In this document: positions 1 through 11,204 of the stretch, in pieces
Layout: each line of letters starts with the position of its first letter
How positions within the stretch are numbered: the first letter of the stretch is position 1
Assembly: GCA_963777605.1 (NCBI GenBank)
Contig: CAVZRV010000027.1
Span: 192,001-256,000 of the forward strand
Length of the DNA: 64,000 bases
Source: an uncultured Acidobacteriota bacterium
GTDB taxonomy: Bacteria > Acidobacteriota > UBA6911 > RPQK01 > JAPXNP01
Reading direction: 5' to 3'
The notes under the pieces: model-generated
The model's database searches: none
The model's input: only the letters and a program-made list of their open reading frames with translations
What the model was told of the DNA's origin: nothing
Made by a program: the position numbers and the translations under genes

Positions 1-10
1 TGACAGGACA

Positions 11-1156
11 CTAGAGCTCTTTGACCCGGATGTCCTTGAATTCGAGCCAGCTGCCCGGCTGGTGCGCCTGCAACTCGATGTGACCTTCCGTCACGTTTTC
101 GAGTTGGTCGTACTCGAGCACCGTGTCCCCGTTGACCCTCACCAGGCAGTTTCGACCCTGCACGCGGATCTGCATCGGGTACCACTTCCCGTCCTCGATC
201 CGCGGGTAGGACGCCCGTTTGAAGTAGTAGAGCGAGCCCGTCGCATAGTGGGCATCGGCGACGTTGTGGATCTGAATCTCGTAATGCCGCTTTCCTGAAA
301 GGCCTTTTCCCTCCGACCTTACGAGGATTCCGCCATTGTGCTCTTTGGGACCCCGGATGTAGAGCGTCAGCTCAAAATCTTTGTACTGTTTCAGGGTGGC
401 CAGGTGGCCGGCACCTTCCGCCCGAATGACCGGTCCCTCTCCGAGGAAACTGACGGGAGAGGACTTGGAACTTTCCGAGATCCGCCATTTCTCCATATCG
501 CTCTCCTGGGCGTAGAGCGGTTCCCAGGTCTCCTTGGACGAGAGTTCGCGGATACTGATGTTCCGGTACCGGAGCGGGTAGCCGAGCCCGCGAAGGGCGA
601 GGTATCCCGATCGCACACGGTCACGCAGGTCCGGAATGGTCTCCAGATTGAGATCCTGGACGATCGCGTCATTGACCCAGACCTGGAGGCGCGGCCAGTC
701 CATCAGGATCCGCATGGAATTCCAGGTTCCACCGGACTTAACGGTGATCCGGGAGGGGGCAACAATCGGGAAGATTGACCCCATCGAATTCGGTTTCGGT
801 GCCTCATCTGCCTGCTGGAAGACCTTCACCATTTTTCCGACCCAAGTCGGGCGCCCGTGGAGCGGAGCATGGAAGAAGACGCCTCCGTCCATCCACCCCT
901 CGATGAAGAACTCGAGCCGCAGGTCGAAATTCTCGTACTGGCGATCCGATCTCAACCAGGCCGGATACTGGGAGGACTTGGACGAGACCAGGGCGCCCTC
1001 GGAAACGTAAAACGCCGAGTCCGGACCATCTTCGATGTTCCAGCCCTGGAGAGTCTTCCCGTCAAAGAGGGAGGTAAACCCAGCCGGCGGCGGTGTGGCC
1101 AAGGCGACCGGGGATGCAGCAGCGACAGCGAGAAAATCACGACGATTCAATTTCAA
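11..1156 (-). CDS. Tat-exported tandem DUF1080 (3-keto-disaccharide hydrolase-like) protein
   Basis: RRDFL twin-arginine signal; two DUF1080 repeats (SLFDGKTLQGW...YRNISIREL; YEIQI...GHIELQAH...FKDIRVKEL); AGGAGGAG RBS. Confidence 0.85.
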   Translation of the reverse strand: MKLNRRDFLAVAAASPVALATPPPAGFTSLFDGKTLQGWNIEDGPDSAFYVSEGALVSSKSSQYPAWLRSDRQYENFDLRLEFFIEGWMDGGVFFHAPLHGRPTWVGKMVKVFQQADEAPKPNSMGSIFPIVAPSRITVKSGGTWNSMRILMDWPRLQVWVNDAIVQDLNLETIPDLRDRVRSGYLALRGLGYPLRYRNISIRELSSKETWEPLYAQESDMEKWRISESSKSSPVSFLGEGPVIRAEGAGHLATLKQYKDFELTLYIRGPKEHNGGILVRSEGKGLSGKRHYEIQIHNVADAHYATGSLYYFKRASYPRIEDGKWYPMQIRVQGRNCLVRVNGDTVLEYDQLENVTEGHIELQAHQPGSWLEFKDIRVKEL

Positions 1157-1226
1157 CTCCTCCTTTAAACGATCAGTTGGACGTTCACAACAAGTCTATA
1201 TCCCGTTCTGCCGAATGACACCTGCA

Positions 1227-1802
1227 CTACCAGCACGCGGAATCCTCAACCCGCCCCGGTGCGAAGATCCCAAACCCGTAAGCCAGGATGGCCGTCACCC
1301 AGGGTTCGTTCAAGGTGATCCAGTTCTTGACCCGGTCACCAAAGTGCTCGAAGCAGATCTCCGCGTAGCGGCCAAAGTAGCCGGCGATGTCCGGTCCCAG
1401 CCAGCCGTCGCATTCAAACTGCAGAGCAAGCGGCACATCCCAGTGGTGAAGGGTCGCCCAGGGCGCAATGCCCCGATCGAGCAAGCGGTCGATAAGATCG
1501 GAGTAAAAACGAATCCCCTCCCGGTTCGGCTTGCCTTTGCCGTCGGGCTGGATCCTCGGCCAGGAAATTGAAAACCGGTATGCCTGTAGGCCCATCTCGG
1601 CCATCAAATCGACGTCTTCGGCATAACGGTGGTAATGGTCGCATGCGACGTCGCCCGTGTCTCCGGGCCTCACCTTGCCGGGAATCCGGCAGAAAAAGCC
1701 CCAGATGCTCGGACCTTTCCCATTCTCGTTCCAGCCACCTTCGATCTGGTAACTGGAAGTGGATGCCCCCCAAACAAAATCTCCCGGAAACTGTGCTCGC
1801 AT
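1227..1802 (-). pseudogene. 3'-truncated GH1 beta-glucosidase (~191 aa)
   Basis: FPGDFVWGASTSSYQIEG, DHYHRY, YRFSISWPRI and TLNEP motifs; stops shortly after the acid/base Glu, with no nucleophile half and no room for it. Confidence 0.85.
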
Positions 1803-1925
1803 AATGACCATCCTCCCGGCCTCAGCGCCACTGCCTATCATAACCGGTTGTCGCCCAGGAGGAATCAATCAACCGTTCGGATGGAAAGATGGGCTATGAT
1901 CTGAAAAGAAGACGGACAAATTTTG

Positions 1926-2930
1926 ATGGAGAAGCCTTTTCCCAAATCTGTTTCCACTGTGGACCGTGTCGGCCAATTGCTGGAGTCCGTTGCGCCGGAA
2001 GATTCTCTGGCGATCCTGATCAGGGCGGATCCCGATGCCATCGCCGGCGCCTTGGCGCTGCGGCGCATTTTCTGGCGGCGGGTCAAGCAGATTCAGATCG
2101 GGCGCATCAACGAGATCAAGCGCCCGGACAACATCGCCCTGATTCATTCCCTGAAGATTGCGCTGGCCCCGTTCAAGCGGATCAAGGCTGCAGAGGTCAC
2201 GAAGTGGGTTCTGATCGACTCTCAGCCACACCACGCGGACCAGTTCGGCAGGATCGACTTCAGCATCGTCATCGATCACCACCCGGTCGAAGAGGGGCTC
2301 AAAGCCGACTACATCGACATCCGCCCGGACTACGGCTCGGTTTCAACGATTTTCACCGAGTATCTCCGGGCCGCCCGGATCAAGCCATCACCCCGGCTGG
2401 CGACAGCGCTCTTTTACGGGATCAAGACCGACACAGGCAACTTCGTCAGGCCGGTTATCCAGAACGACCTCAACGCTTTTCATTACCTCTACAAGTTCAC
2501 CAACATCAACCTGGTTCGGAAGATCGAGTCCTCGGAGATGACCAAGAAAACCCTCGATGTCTTTCGCCAGGGAATGGACAATCTGACTTTCCTCAAAGAC
2601 GTGGCATTCGTCCACATGGAGAACGTAAACAACCCCGATTCTCTGGTCATCGCGGCCGACTTTTTTCTGAATCTCGCCGAAGCCACATGGTCAATCGTGT
2701 CGGCAAAGTGTGGAAACGAGCTGGTCGTGATTCTGAGGAATGCCGGTTTCAGACGAGATGCCGGGAAACTGGCCCAGAAGCTGTTTGGCAAATGGGGCCG
2801 GGCCGGAGGACATCGGGCGGCCGCTCGCGCCGAAATCCCGGTTTCAGCCATCAAGGCCCAGGTCCGGTCGGAACGTGGTTACCGCAACTTCGTTTTTGAC
2901 CAGATCAAGAAGGAGTGGCAAGACAGGTAA
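1926..2930 (+). CDS. DHH family phosphoesterase
   Basis: ADPDA, LIDSQ, VIDHH, GIKTDT and GGH motifs. Confidence 0.85.
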   Translation: MEKPFPKSVSTVDRVGQLLESVAPEDSLAILIRADPDAIAGALALRRIFWRRVKQIQIGRINEIKRPDNIALIHSLKIALAPFKRIKAAEVTKWVLIDSQPHHADQFGRIDFSIVIDHHPVEEGLKADYIDIRPDYGSVSTIFTEYLRAARIKPSPRLATALFYGIKTDTGNFVRPVIQNDLNAFHYLYKFTNINLVRKIESSEMTKKTLDVFRQGMDNLTFLKDVAFVHMENVNNPDSLVIAADFFLNLAEATWSIVSAKCGNELVVILRNAGFRRDAGKLAQKLFGKWGRAGGHRAAARAEIPVSAIKAQVRSERGYRNFVFDQIKKEWQDR

Positions 2931-2978
2931 CGCCCTCCCGAATGATCCCTGGTGGGCTCGTCCTCGATGCGGCAAGGT

Positions 2979-3332
2979 TCAGTTCGCAGCGGTTCCCAGG
3001 AGGCTGTCGACAGCGGCGGTACGCTCTTCGTGAATCTCGAGGATTTCTCCCAACCGGGTAATTTCAATGAGTCGCTTGAGGCGCGGCCTCATCCCTGCCA
3101 AAGCCAGACGACCGCCGCACTTCCCGACGGCCGTATTCGCGGTCAGAAGCGCCTCCAGTCCAAGACTGTCCATGAAATCGACCGTGCCCAGATCGAGCAC
3201 AAGCTTTGATCTCCCGGCATCCACCATCTCTCGAATCAGCAATGACAGGGCGGAGACCCCGTGGTCAATCGTCAACGCCCCGCTGACGGTCAGAATCGTG
3301 ATATTTCCAATCTCTTCCGCTTTAATGTCCAC
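2979..3332 (-). CDS. STAS-domain anti-sigma factor antagonist
   Basis: LVLDLGTVDFMDSLGL motif with phosphorylatable Ser; 117 aa. Confidence 0.9.
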   Translation of the reverse strand: MDIKAEEIGNITILTVSGALTIDHGVSALSLLIREMVDAGRSKLVLDLGTVDFMDSLGLEALLTANTAVGKCGGRLALAGMRPRLKRLIEITRLGEILEIHEERTAAVDSLLGTAAN

Positions 3333-3722
3333 GATCTTCCGCTCCCCTGCTACCCCCTACTATACTCCGCCTCCAGCGGGTTCGAGATCTATGGTCCGAA
3401 TTCCCGCTTCAGAATGCTCCAGAGTGGATTGTCGCGCCGATTCTTCAACGTCTCCGGATCGTCGCCTCGCCCGACGGCCTCCCAGTACTGCTCACCCAGG
3501 GGTTGCGTACCCAACTCATAATCGAGCGTTACCGCAAACGTCCATGAGAAGAGATCGGCGCAGGGCCTTCCGCCCGGGAGACCCTGCGTTTCAGATCCCA
3601 AGCCTGGCGGCAGAAAGGGTAAAGCTGTCGTATCTGGTGATCCGGAACCGGTGTGTTTACAATTGCCAAAGCCTTCCCCGGGAACGGACCCGGTCCGAGG
3701 CACAAAGAAGGGATTCGGAATC

Positions 3723-5045
3723 ATGAGGTGTTTTCTCGCCGCTCTGCTGGCTACAGTGACGTTGTCAATTCCCGTCTCGGGCCAGGTTCCCACGCCCCAG
3801 GCCCGCCGGAATTCCAATCAGAGCAGCACGGTCCTCAAGCCCGACGCCCTGTTCGACGCAGAGTCGGGAACGCTCAGGCAGGGTTGGGGAGTGGTCGTCG
3901 TCGGCAACCGGATCACCGAAGTGGGCCCCACTGGAGAACTTTCGTCCCCACCCGGTGCCCGGATCCTGGAACTTCGGGGGATGACCCTGCTCCCCGGCTT
4001 GATCGAAGCCCACTCTCACATCTTTCTGCACCCCTACAACGAAACGCTCTGGGATGACCAGATATTGAAGGAACCGCTGGCTTATCGCGTGATCCTCGCA
4101 GCGGAACACTGCCGGAAAACGCTTTTGGCCGGATTCACGACTCTCCGGGACCTGGGTACCGAAGGAGCTGACTTCGCCGATGTTTCGGTTCAGCGCGCTA
4201 TCGACGAAGGGCGCATTCCGGGGCCTCGCCTGCTGATCGCGACCCGGGCCATTGTGGCAACAGCCAGTTATGCGCCGGGCCCGCGGGGATACGCCGACAA
4301 TGTGGATCTCCCCACCGGGGCGCAGGAGGCCACCGGCGTCCCCGAGACCGTACGGGCCGTGAGAGAGCAGGTCGGCCACGGCGCCCAGTGGGTCAAGGTG
4401 TATGCCGATTTCCGAAGAGGGCCCGGCCGTGCGTTGACTCCCACCTTCAACATCGAGGAACTGAAGGCGATGGTCGACGAGGCCCACAGCGCCGGGTGCC
4501 CTGTCTCCGCCCACGCCGCGAGCCCGGAAGGGATGCGCAGGGCCGTGCTGGCCGGCGTCGACACCATCGAGCACGGAACCGAGGGCACGGACGAGGTTTT
4601 TCGTTTGCTGGCTGAAAAGGGCGTGGCCTACTTTCCCACCCTGACGGCCGTTGAAGCCTACAGCGAGTACTTCCAGGGCTACCAGCGAGGCAGCCAACCC
4701 GAAACCGAGGAGATGCTGCAGGCGGAACGGGCTTTTCGGGCGGCGCTCAAAGCCGGAGTCACCATCGGCCTCGGCAGCGATGTCGGAGTCTTCACCCACG
4801 GCGACAACTTCCGGGAACTGGAGTGGATGGCCCGCTGTGGAATGAACGCGGTGCAAGCCCTCCAGGCCGCGACCTCGGTCAATGCCCGGATCCTCCGCAT
4901 GCAGGATCAGATCGGCCAGATCAAGCCCGGTCTCCTTGCCGACCTGGTGGCCGTCCCGGGTGACCCGACCCGTGACGTCTCGGTCGTGAAGCAGGTCGAA
5001 TTCGTCATGAAAGATGGGGCGATCATCAAAGGCGGGGAGAAGTGA
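3723..5045 (+). CDS. Secreted metal-dependent amidohydrolase (Xaa-Pro dipeptidase-like)
   Basis: Signal peptide; [37 protein letters not shown] motifs. Confidence 0.85.
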   Translation: MRCFLAALLATVTLSIPVSGQVPTPQARRNSNQSSTVLKPDALFDAESGTLRQGWGVVVVGNRITEVGPTGELSSPPGARILELRGMTLLPGLIEAHSHIFLHPYNETLWDDQILKEPLAYRVILAAEHCRKTLLAGFTTLRDLGTEGADFADVSVQRAIDEGRIPGPRLLIATRAIVATASYAPGPRGYADNVDLPTGAQEATGVPETVRAVREQVGHGAQWVKVYADFRRGPGRALTPTFNIEELKAMVDEAHSAGCPVSAHAASPEGMRRAVLAGVDTIEHGTEGTDEVFRLLAEKGVAYFPTLTAVEAYSEYFQGYQRGSQPETEEMLQAERAFRAALKAGVTIGLGSDVGVFTHGDNFRELEWMARCGMNAVQALQAATSVNARILRMQDQIGQIKPGLLADLVAVPGDPTRDVSVVKQVEFVMKDGAIIKGGEK

Positions 5046-5085
5046 TCCGCCACCCTGTTGCCCTATTTGGAGCCGGTGCTAAGAT

Positions 5086-5961
5086 TTGATGGTGAATACC
5101 AAGAATTTCGTGCTCCTTCTCGCTTGCGCAGTAGTCTTTTCGATGCCCGGGTGCGGCTCAGCCCCGACTCACTCCGATTCACCATCAGGCGTACAAAACG
5201 AGTTGACGCCACAGGAGTCAGCCGACGGCTGGGTCCTGTTATTCGACGGGAAAACGCTCAACGGATGGGAAGACCCGGCGCGGGAGACTCCACCCGGGGA
5301 CTCCTGGGTCGTCGAAGACGGGTGCATCCGGGCGGTGGGACATCCGAGGTTGAGGGAAGATCTGCTGACCAAGACGGTCTTCGGTGATTTCGAACTGGCG
5401 TTCGATTGGAAGATCTCACCGGGGGGAAACAGCGGCGTCAAGTACCTGATTCAAGACCGAGCCGTGCTGGTGGCAGGGAAAACCAACCCGGATGCAAAAC
5501 GATTCGAAGACACGGTGGATTACGAACTGGAACACCGGACCGCCGACCGGAGCCGACTGGGCCCGGAAGATCACATCGAGGAGTACCTGGTCGCCTATGA
5601 GTACCAGGTTATTGACAACGACCGGCACCCGGATGCGGCGGAAGATCTGGACCGCAGGGCCGGATCAATTTACGGACTGGTCGCCCCCGAGGGGGCGGAG
5701 GTCAAGCCGGTCGGTGAGTTCAACCAGTCCCGCATCGTCCTGCGCGGACATCACGTCGAACACTGGCTAAACGGAAAGCGGATCCTGCGGGCAAACCTCG
5801 ATTCGGACGCCATTCGGAGCGGCCTCGCAAAACGCTGGACGACGGCTTCACCGGTCTATCGCCTGCTCACCCAACTGCCCCTCCGGCAGACGCCCATTGC
5901 ACTCCAGAATCACGGCGACGACGCCTGGTTCCGCAACATCAAGATTCGCAGCCTCAACTAG
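5086..5961 (+). CDS. DUF1080 family protein, probable lipoprotein
   Basis: LLFDGKTLNGW, GGNSGVKY, EYQVID, IALQNHG..WFRNIKIR; PGC lipobox-like signal. Confidence 0.85.
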   Translation: MMVNTKNFVLLLACAVVFSMPGCGSAPTHSDSPSGVQNELTPQESADGWVLLFDGKTLNGWEDPARETPPGDSWVVEDGCIRAVGHPRLREDLLTKTVFGDFELAFDWKISPGGNSGVKYLIQDRAVLVAGKTNPDAKRFEDTVDYELEHRTADRSRLGPEDHIEEYLVAYEYQVIDNDRHPDAAEDLDRRAGSIYGLVAPEGAEVKPVGEFNQSRIVLRGHHVEHWLNGKRILRANLDSDAIRSGLAKRWTTASPVYRLLTQLPLRQTPIALQNHGDDAWFRNIKIRSLN

Positions 5962-5979
5962 ACTGCCGGGGAACAAATC

Positions 5980-7707
5980 ATGATTCGAATCGCGGTCACC
6001 AGAGACCCGGCAACCGGGGAAGAGGTGCTGGAAACAAGTCTTTCCGGAAGGGCTTTGCTGGGATGTCCGGCCCTCTCCAAGGGAACCGGATTCAGCAGGC
6101 AGGAACGGGCAGAGTTGGGCCTGATGGGGCTTCTACCGTACCACATCCGGAACCTGGAGGAGCAGGTCTTCTGGGCGTACGAGGAATTCAAACAGAAAAC
6201 CTCCGACATCGAGCGCCACATCTACCTGCGTGCTCTCCAGGACAACATTGAGACCGTCTTCTACCGACTGCTGTTCGAGCACATCGAGGAGATGATGCCG
6301 CTGGTCTACACCCCTATTGTCGGAGATGCCTGCCAGCGCTTCAGCCGGATTTACCGGCGGGGACGGGGGTTGATCGTGGCCTACCCGGCCCAGGAGCAGA
6401 TCGAGGACGTTCTCGAAAACCGCCCCTACTACGACGTGGACGTCATCGTCGTAACCGACGGGGAAAGAATTCTCGGACTGGGTGACCAGGGCCTTGGCGG
6501 CCTGGGGATTCCCATCGGGAAACTCTCCCTCTACACTCTCTGCGGCGGCATCCACCCGGCGCGAACCCTGCCGGTCATCCTCGACACCGGGACCGACAAC
6601 GAGCGCCTCCTGAACGATCCCCTCTATCTTGGCTGGCGCCATAAGCGGGTTAGGGGAGCCGAGTACAATCGGTTCGTCGATGCCTTCGTCCAGGCAGTCT
6701 CCCGGAAACTCCCCGACGCACTTTTGCAATGGGAGGATTTCTCCCAGGCCAACGCAAGACCGATCCTGGAACGTCACCGGGACTCGCTGCTCACTTTCAA
6801 CGACGACATCCAGGGCACGGCGGCCGTCCTTCTCGGCACGCTCACCGGAGCCCTCCATGCCGCCGGAACTTCACTGTCCCAGGTCCAGGTCGTCATCGCA
6901 GGCGCGGGATCGGCCGGAGTCGGGGTCGCCGATCTCCTGGCCTTGTTCCTTGAAAGCCGGAGGCTTTCTCGCAGCGAGGCCCTCTCCAGGTTGTGGCTGG
7001 TCGATCGAAACGGTCTCCTGCACAACCGGATGGACAACCTGAATGATCACCAGCGCAGGTACGCCCGGGACTCGGCGGCGCTGCAGGGCTGGAAACGGGA
7101 TGACCAGGGTCGCATCAGCCTGGCGGAAACCGTCCGGAAGACCGGAGCCGGGGTCCTCCTGGGGGCGTCGGGCCAGCAGGGGCTATTCACGGAAGAAGTG
7201 GTTCGTGCCATGTCCGCCGGCACGCCTGTGCCGGTTATCTTCCCCCTCTCCAACCCAACCTCCTGTTCGGAGGCCAGGCCGGAGGACCTATTCCGGTGGA
7301 GTGAGGGGCGTGCGCTGGTCGCGACGGGCAGCCCCTTTCCGCCCGTGGAGATCGCCGGCGAGAGGCGCAATGTCAGCCAGTGCAACAACGTCTACGTCTT
7401 TCCCGGGCTGGGTCTCGGTGCGGTTTCCTGCGAGGCCCGGAGAATCACCGACGGCATGCTGATGGCCGCAGCCATCACGCTGAGCCGGTGCTCGCCCGCC
7501 CTGACCGATCCGGCCGGCTCACTGCTCCCTCCGCTCAAAGACATCCGTCAGGTCTCCCGCAAGATCGCCGTAGCCGTTGGACGCCAGGCCGTCGAGGACG
7601 GGGTCGCCGAAATTATGACGGAAGAGGCCATCGAGCGGGCCGTAACGGCCAACATGTGGACCCCGGACTACCTCCCGCTCAGGCCACGGCCGAGATGGAC
7701 CTGGTGA
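5980..7707 (+). CDS. maeA: NAD-dependent malic enzyme
   Basis: VTDGERILGLGDQG, QWEDF, FNDDIQGT, GAGSAG, PLSNPT, QCNNVYVFPG motifs; 575 aa. Confidence 0.93.
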   Translation: MIRIAVTRDPATGEEVLETSLSGRALLGCPALSKGTGFSRQERAELGLMGLLPYHIRNLEEQVFWAYEEFKQKTSDIERHIYLRALQDNIETVFYRLLFEHIEEMMPLVYTPIVGDACQRFSRIYRRGRGLIVAYPAQEQIEDVLENRPYYDVDVIVVTDGERILGLGDQGLGGLGIPIGKLSLYTLCGGIHPARTLPVILDTGTDNERLLNDPLYLGWRHKRVRGAEYNRFVDAFVQAVSRKLPDALLQWEDFSQANARPILERHRDSLLTFNDDIQGTAAVLLGTLTGALHAAGTSLSQVQVVIAGAGSAGVGVADLLALFLESRRLSRSEALSRLWLVDRNGLLHNRMDNLNDHQRRYARDSAALQGWKRDDQGRISLAETVRKTGAGVLLGASGQQGLFTEEVVRAMSAGTPVPVIFPLSNPTSCSEARPEDLFRWSEGRALVATGSPFPPVEIAGERRNVSQCNNVYVFPGLGLGAVSCEARRITDGMLMAAAITLSRCSPALTDPAGSLLPPLKDIRQVSRKIAVAVGRQAVEDGVAEIMTEEAIERAVTANMWTPDYLPLRPRPRWTW

Positions 7708-7718
7708 GGAATACGGTC

Positions 7719-7787
7719 ATGATCGCACTGCTGAGACGCTGCTTCCTGATTGCGGTTGCCGCAGGGTTCGTTATCATGGGGTTTTGA
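7719..7787 (+). pseudogene. Possible signal-peptide remnant of a lost secreted protein
   Basis: GAGGA RBS, then MIALLRRCFLIAVAAGFVIMG; hydrophobic run continues in another frame and ends near the CTAGTGTCC motif at 7845. Confidence 0.3.
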
Positions 7788-7878
7788 CGATCCTGCTCGC
7801 CTGGGCCGGGCGACGATTCTCAGCTGGCCGACGGTCCGGCGTGTCTAGTGTCCAACTCAAACAGGAGTTGTAGCAAGA

Positions 7879-8526
7879 ATGAAATCGAACCTGGTTTGGT
7901 TGTATCCCGCGTTGGCTCTACCGGTCATGACGCTCCTCGCGATGAGTTTCTCGACTTCCGGCTCCCCTGCCGGGCCGGAAGACCTCGATACACGAGTGAA
8001 CCAGTATCTGGAATCCCAACACTGGAGAGACATGAACGTCCCCCGTGTGGACGGCCAGACCCTCTACGACATCATCGTCGAGCATCGCTACACGCGAGCT
8101 CTCGAGATCGGCACGTCAACCGGACACTCGGGAATCTGGATTGCGTGGGCGCTGAGCAAGACCGGCGGCAAGCTGATCACCATTGACATCGACGAGGGAC
8201 GGCACCGCCAGGCGGTGGAAAACTTCAAGGCAGTCGGCTTGGCCGACATCATCGACGCCCGCCTGGGCGATGCCCACGAAATCGTCCCCGAACTCGAAGG
8301 CCCGTTTGATTTTGTCTTCAGCGATGCCGACAAGGGCTGGTACAAGAACTACCTGGACGCCTTGCTTCCCAAGCTTTCCGTCGGGGGCTGCTATACCACG
8401 CACAATGTCATGCCCAACGGTTGGAACGGCGACTACCTCAAGTACCTGCAAAGCCTTCCAAACCTGGAGACAACCGTGGATACCCGGGGAGGTGGGCTCG
8501 CCATCAGTTACAAGCGCAGCAAGTAG
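7879..8526 (+). CDS. Class I SAM-dependent O-methyltransferase
   Basis: LEIGTSTGHS, ITIDID, GPFDFVFSDADK motifs; hydrophobic N-terminus; AGGAG RBS. Confidence 0.9.
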   Translation: MKSNLVWLYPALALPVMTLLAMSFSTSGSPAGPEDLDTRVNQYLESQHWRDMNVPRVDGQTLYDIIVEHRYTRALEIGTSTGHSGIWIAWALSKTGGKLITIDIDEGRHRQAVENFKAVGLADIIDARLGDAHEIVPELEGPFDFVFSDADKGWYKNYLDALLPKLSVGGCYTTHNVMPNGWNGDYLKYLQSLPNLETTVDTRGGGLAISYKRSK

Positions 8527-8716
8527 CGGCCGGCACGGGCCGGACGCCGACACATAAGCCGCGACCAACTCCGCGACGCAACCCGACTCCCATGTCAGAT
8601 GCTCGGCATCCGGTCGGCAGAAACATCCCGCTCGCGGGGCAGGCCCCGGGGCATCCGGGCCTCGTCAGGCAACGAACAAGACCCTGCAAGAGATGTAAAA
8701 ACAAAACCCGGAACGA

Positions 8717-10793
8717 TCAATCGCGAACGTAGAGCGAAACGATTTTCGAAGACGGGATCGAGTGCTCTTCCTGGCCCACCACTTCCCTGACGTGGGGAAA
8801 CAGGTCCGGAAAGAACGCCTTCAACTGGGAAACTAAGACGTGCCTGGAATTCACCACCTCGAGCATCGCGCGTTGCGGACTCAACCCCTTGACGTTCCCA
8901 TACATGCAGTAGATCCGAACATCCTCCGAGTCTTCGATGCGGGCCGGCGTATTCTCGTCTCCTCCACCAACTTCACCGCTGTTCCGGGTTCCCGCCTCCA
9001 CCTTGAAATAGTAGATGCGGACACCCTTGGCCTGTCGGATCAACGACTGGGGGTTCCGGGTCACTCGCTCCACGTTCAGCGAGTAAAACGAGATCGGGTT
9101 GCGGGAATTCTCGATCAGGAACTGCCGCCCCATGGCCACCATGGCGTAAAGCCTTCCCCCGGCGTTTCCCGAAAACTGGTATGGCGCCCGGGCGTGCATC
9201 GCGATTCCCTGCCCCGACCGCCAGTCGATCTCACCCCCTACCGAAATGAACCAGAGACCCGGGGAAGCCGAGGGGGCATCCGGCGTTGTGAGGCGAAAGG
9301 TCTCCGAACCGGCGTCTTCACCTTGGCGGCCACGGCCCCGCTTGACTCCGATCGAGGTCAGAAAGCCGGAGACGGAAAAGAGCTGGGTCTTCTTCCCGAG
9401 CGCAAGAGTACCGGTCAACCGGTAGTCCCCGGGAGGCACGAATACCTTGTCGTGAGACCGGATGGCTTTTTCGAATGCCCCTGAGTCGTCCGTCACGCCG
9501 TCACCCCTGGCGCCGAAATCCTTCACGTTGACCGCATTCACATCCTCGAACGAGGGCCTCTTCGACCAGTGCCTGGCCTGGATCTCCGAGTAATCGGGAG
9601 CGCGATCCACATACTTCCATCGCTCCAGATTATCGACTGCCGAGACAGTACCGTTGATCATGCTGAGGCCTTCATCCGTGTGCGAGGAAAACCGTTCGAC
9701 CAGAACCCAGCGGTCCGAAGGAGCGATCGGGCGGCTGTCGGTAACAACGCTCCCTGCTCCCTTTACGTAGGTGTTTTCGAGGAAGACATTCTCGCTCTTT
9801 CGGGTAGAGACGACCGCTCCGCCCCGCATCTGAACGACACAGTCTACCAGGCTGATCCCCGCGTAGCTGGGTTCGGTCGTGAGATCGACGGCTTTCCCCG
9901 AGTTGCTCTCGATCAGGCAACCCACGAGCAGGGTTGGGACCTGGTTCCCGCCATTCGTGTAACGGATCGCCGCCTTTTCCTGGTTCCTGAACCGGCAGCC
10001 GATCAGGATCGGGAATCGGCTCTTCGAGTCCGCGAAGAACCCGTAGTCGCCACCGATCACCTCGACGTTGAAGGTTCCCGCCGCCTGCCCCGGACAGTTG
10101 TAGAGCCCGGCGAAGGCTCCATCCGCATAGATCGTGGAATCCTGCAACGTGCAACCCTGGGATCCGGAATGCTTCAACCCGATGGCCCCGGCGTGGCCGC
10201 GAACATCGATATCGATCCCCATGAAGAAGTGGCCGAAGGAGATGTTCGGCTGCTCACCCGTGCCGTCTCCGAACCAGGTCCGTGCCCAGATCCAGACCGC
10301 GATCTTGGGATTCGAGGGGTCGTCGAAGCCCCTGGCGTCCCGGGACAGCTTCAGGACCGGGCGCTTCCCCCCTTTGGTTGAACCGAGGAGGATTATCTTC
10401 TGGTTCTTGTGCCAGTAGTTGGCAACCTGACCATCCACCTGCCGGGGAGTGTCCAGCTTGTAGTTCTCCTGCTCGCAGGAGATGGTGTCCGAGATCAGAT
10501 ACGTTCCCTCCGGGAAGTAGCAGACCAGTCCGTGATCCCGGGCGTCGTTGACCCCCCTGCGGATCGCTTCGGTGGAGTCTTTCGTGCCACTCGGATCCGC
10601 CAGGTAGGGGAGCTTTGTGACATCGAGGAAGCCGTTGGCAAGCAGTTCGTCTCCAATGTTGACTCCGGCAGGGTACTTACCCTCCTGGCCGTTCCTAGGG
10701 ACAGTCCCGCAAGCCGTTGAAAGGGTTGCAAGGGACAGTCCCCAGAAAGATCAACGAAACCCAGAGCGACACCAATAAACATTTTCGCGTCAT
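8717..10793 (-). pseudogene. Secreted beta-helix glycoside hydrolase/lyase-like protein (Pectate_lyase_3/GH55-like), disrupted by a 34-bp insertion
   Basis: AGGAGG RBS + ATG at 10793 with signal peptide; DVTKLPYLADPSGTKDSTEAI..YFPEGTY and NVKDFGARGDGVTDDS..FVPPGDY repeats; removing 34 bp gives one 681-codon ORF. Confidence 0.8.
10697..10742. repeat. Direct repeat of the 12-bp palindrome AGGGACAGTCCC around a 22-bp hairpin
   Basis: Copies at 10697-10708 and 10731-10742; spacer GCAAGCCGTTGAAAGGGTTGCA forms a stem-loop. Confidence 0.9.
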
Positions 10794-11165
10794 CCCTCCT
10801 CCCTTCCCCGCATTCTAATCCGCTTTACGGATGATCCCCAGCCGAATCGTCGTGACACGTGTAAGCCCCGACTCTCGAGCTCCACAAGACCGGCTATTCT
10901 CTGGACGTTGCCGCCACTCTGACTTCCGGACCGACTTCGGGCTGCCTCGTGCTGCGCAGCGAACGAGATCGAATCGTTTCGAAAATCACGGACGTCAGCC
11001 CGCGGAATCCTGACCCGGCCCCGTGCGCGCAGCCAACGGAAGATTCAATTTTCGAACTCTTTCCCGGGATTGGTCAGGAAGTATCTCACTGGTCGATCCC
11101 TCCACAAACCGGACCCCCGGGTCAACCGACAGAACCGTCAGCTTTTCCTCCAACGGATAAAGCCC

Positions 11166-11204
11166 TTGACGCGTATATGACGTTTCCCTGTAAAATTACG
11201 TCAA
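11166..11204 (+). promoter_or_regulatory. Possible sigma70-type promoter with overlapping inverted repeat
   Basis: TTGACG-N19-TAAAAT (long spacer); TGACGT-N14-ACGTCA inverted repeat upstream of the VOC gene. Confidence 0.3.

Noticed and set aside
3389-3817. 142-aa minus-strand ORF
   Set aside because: Overlaps the amidohydrolase start and has no recognisable motifs; at most a remnant.
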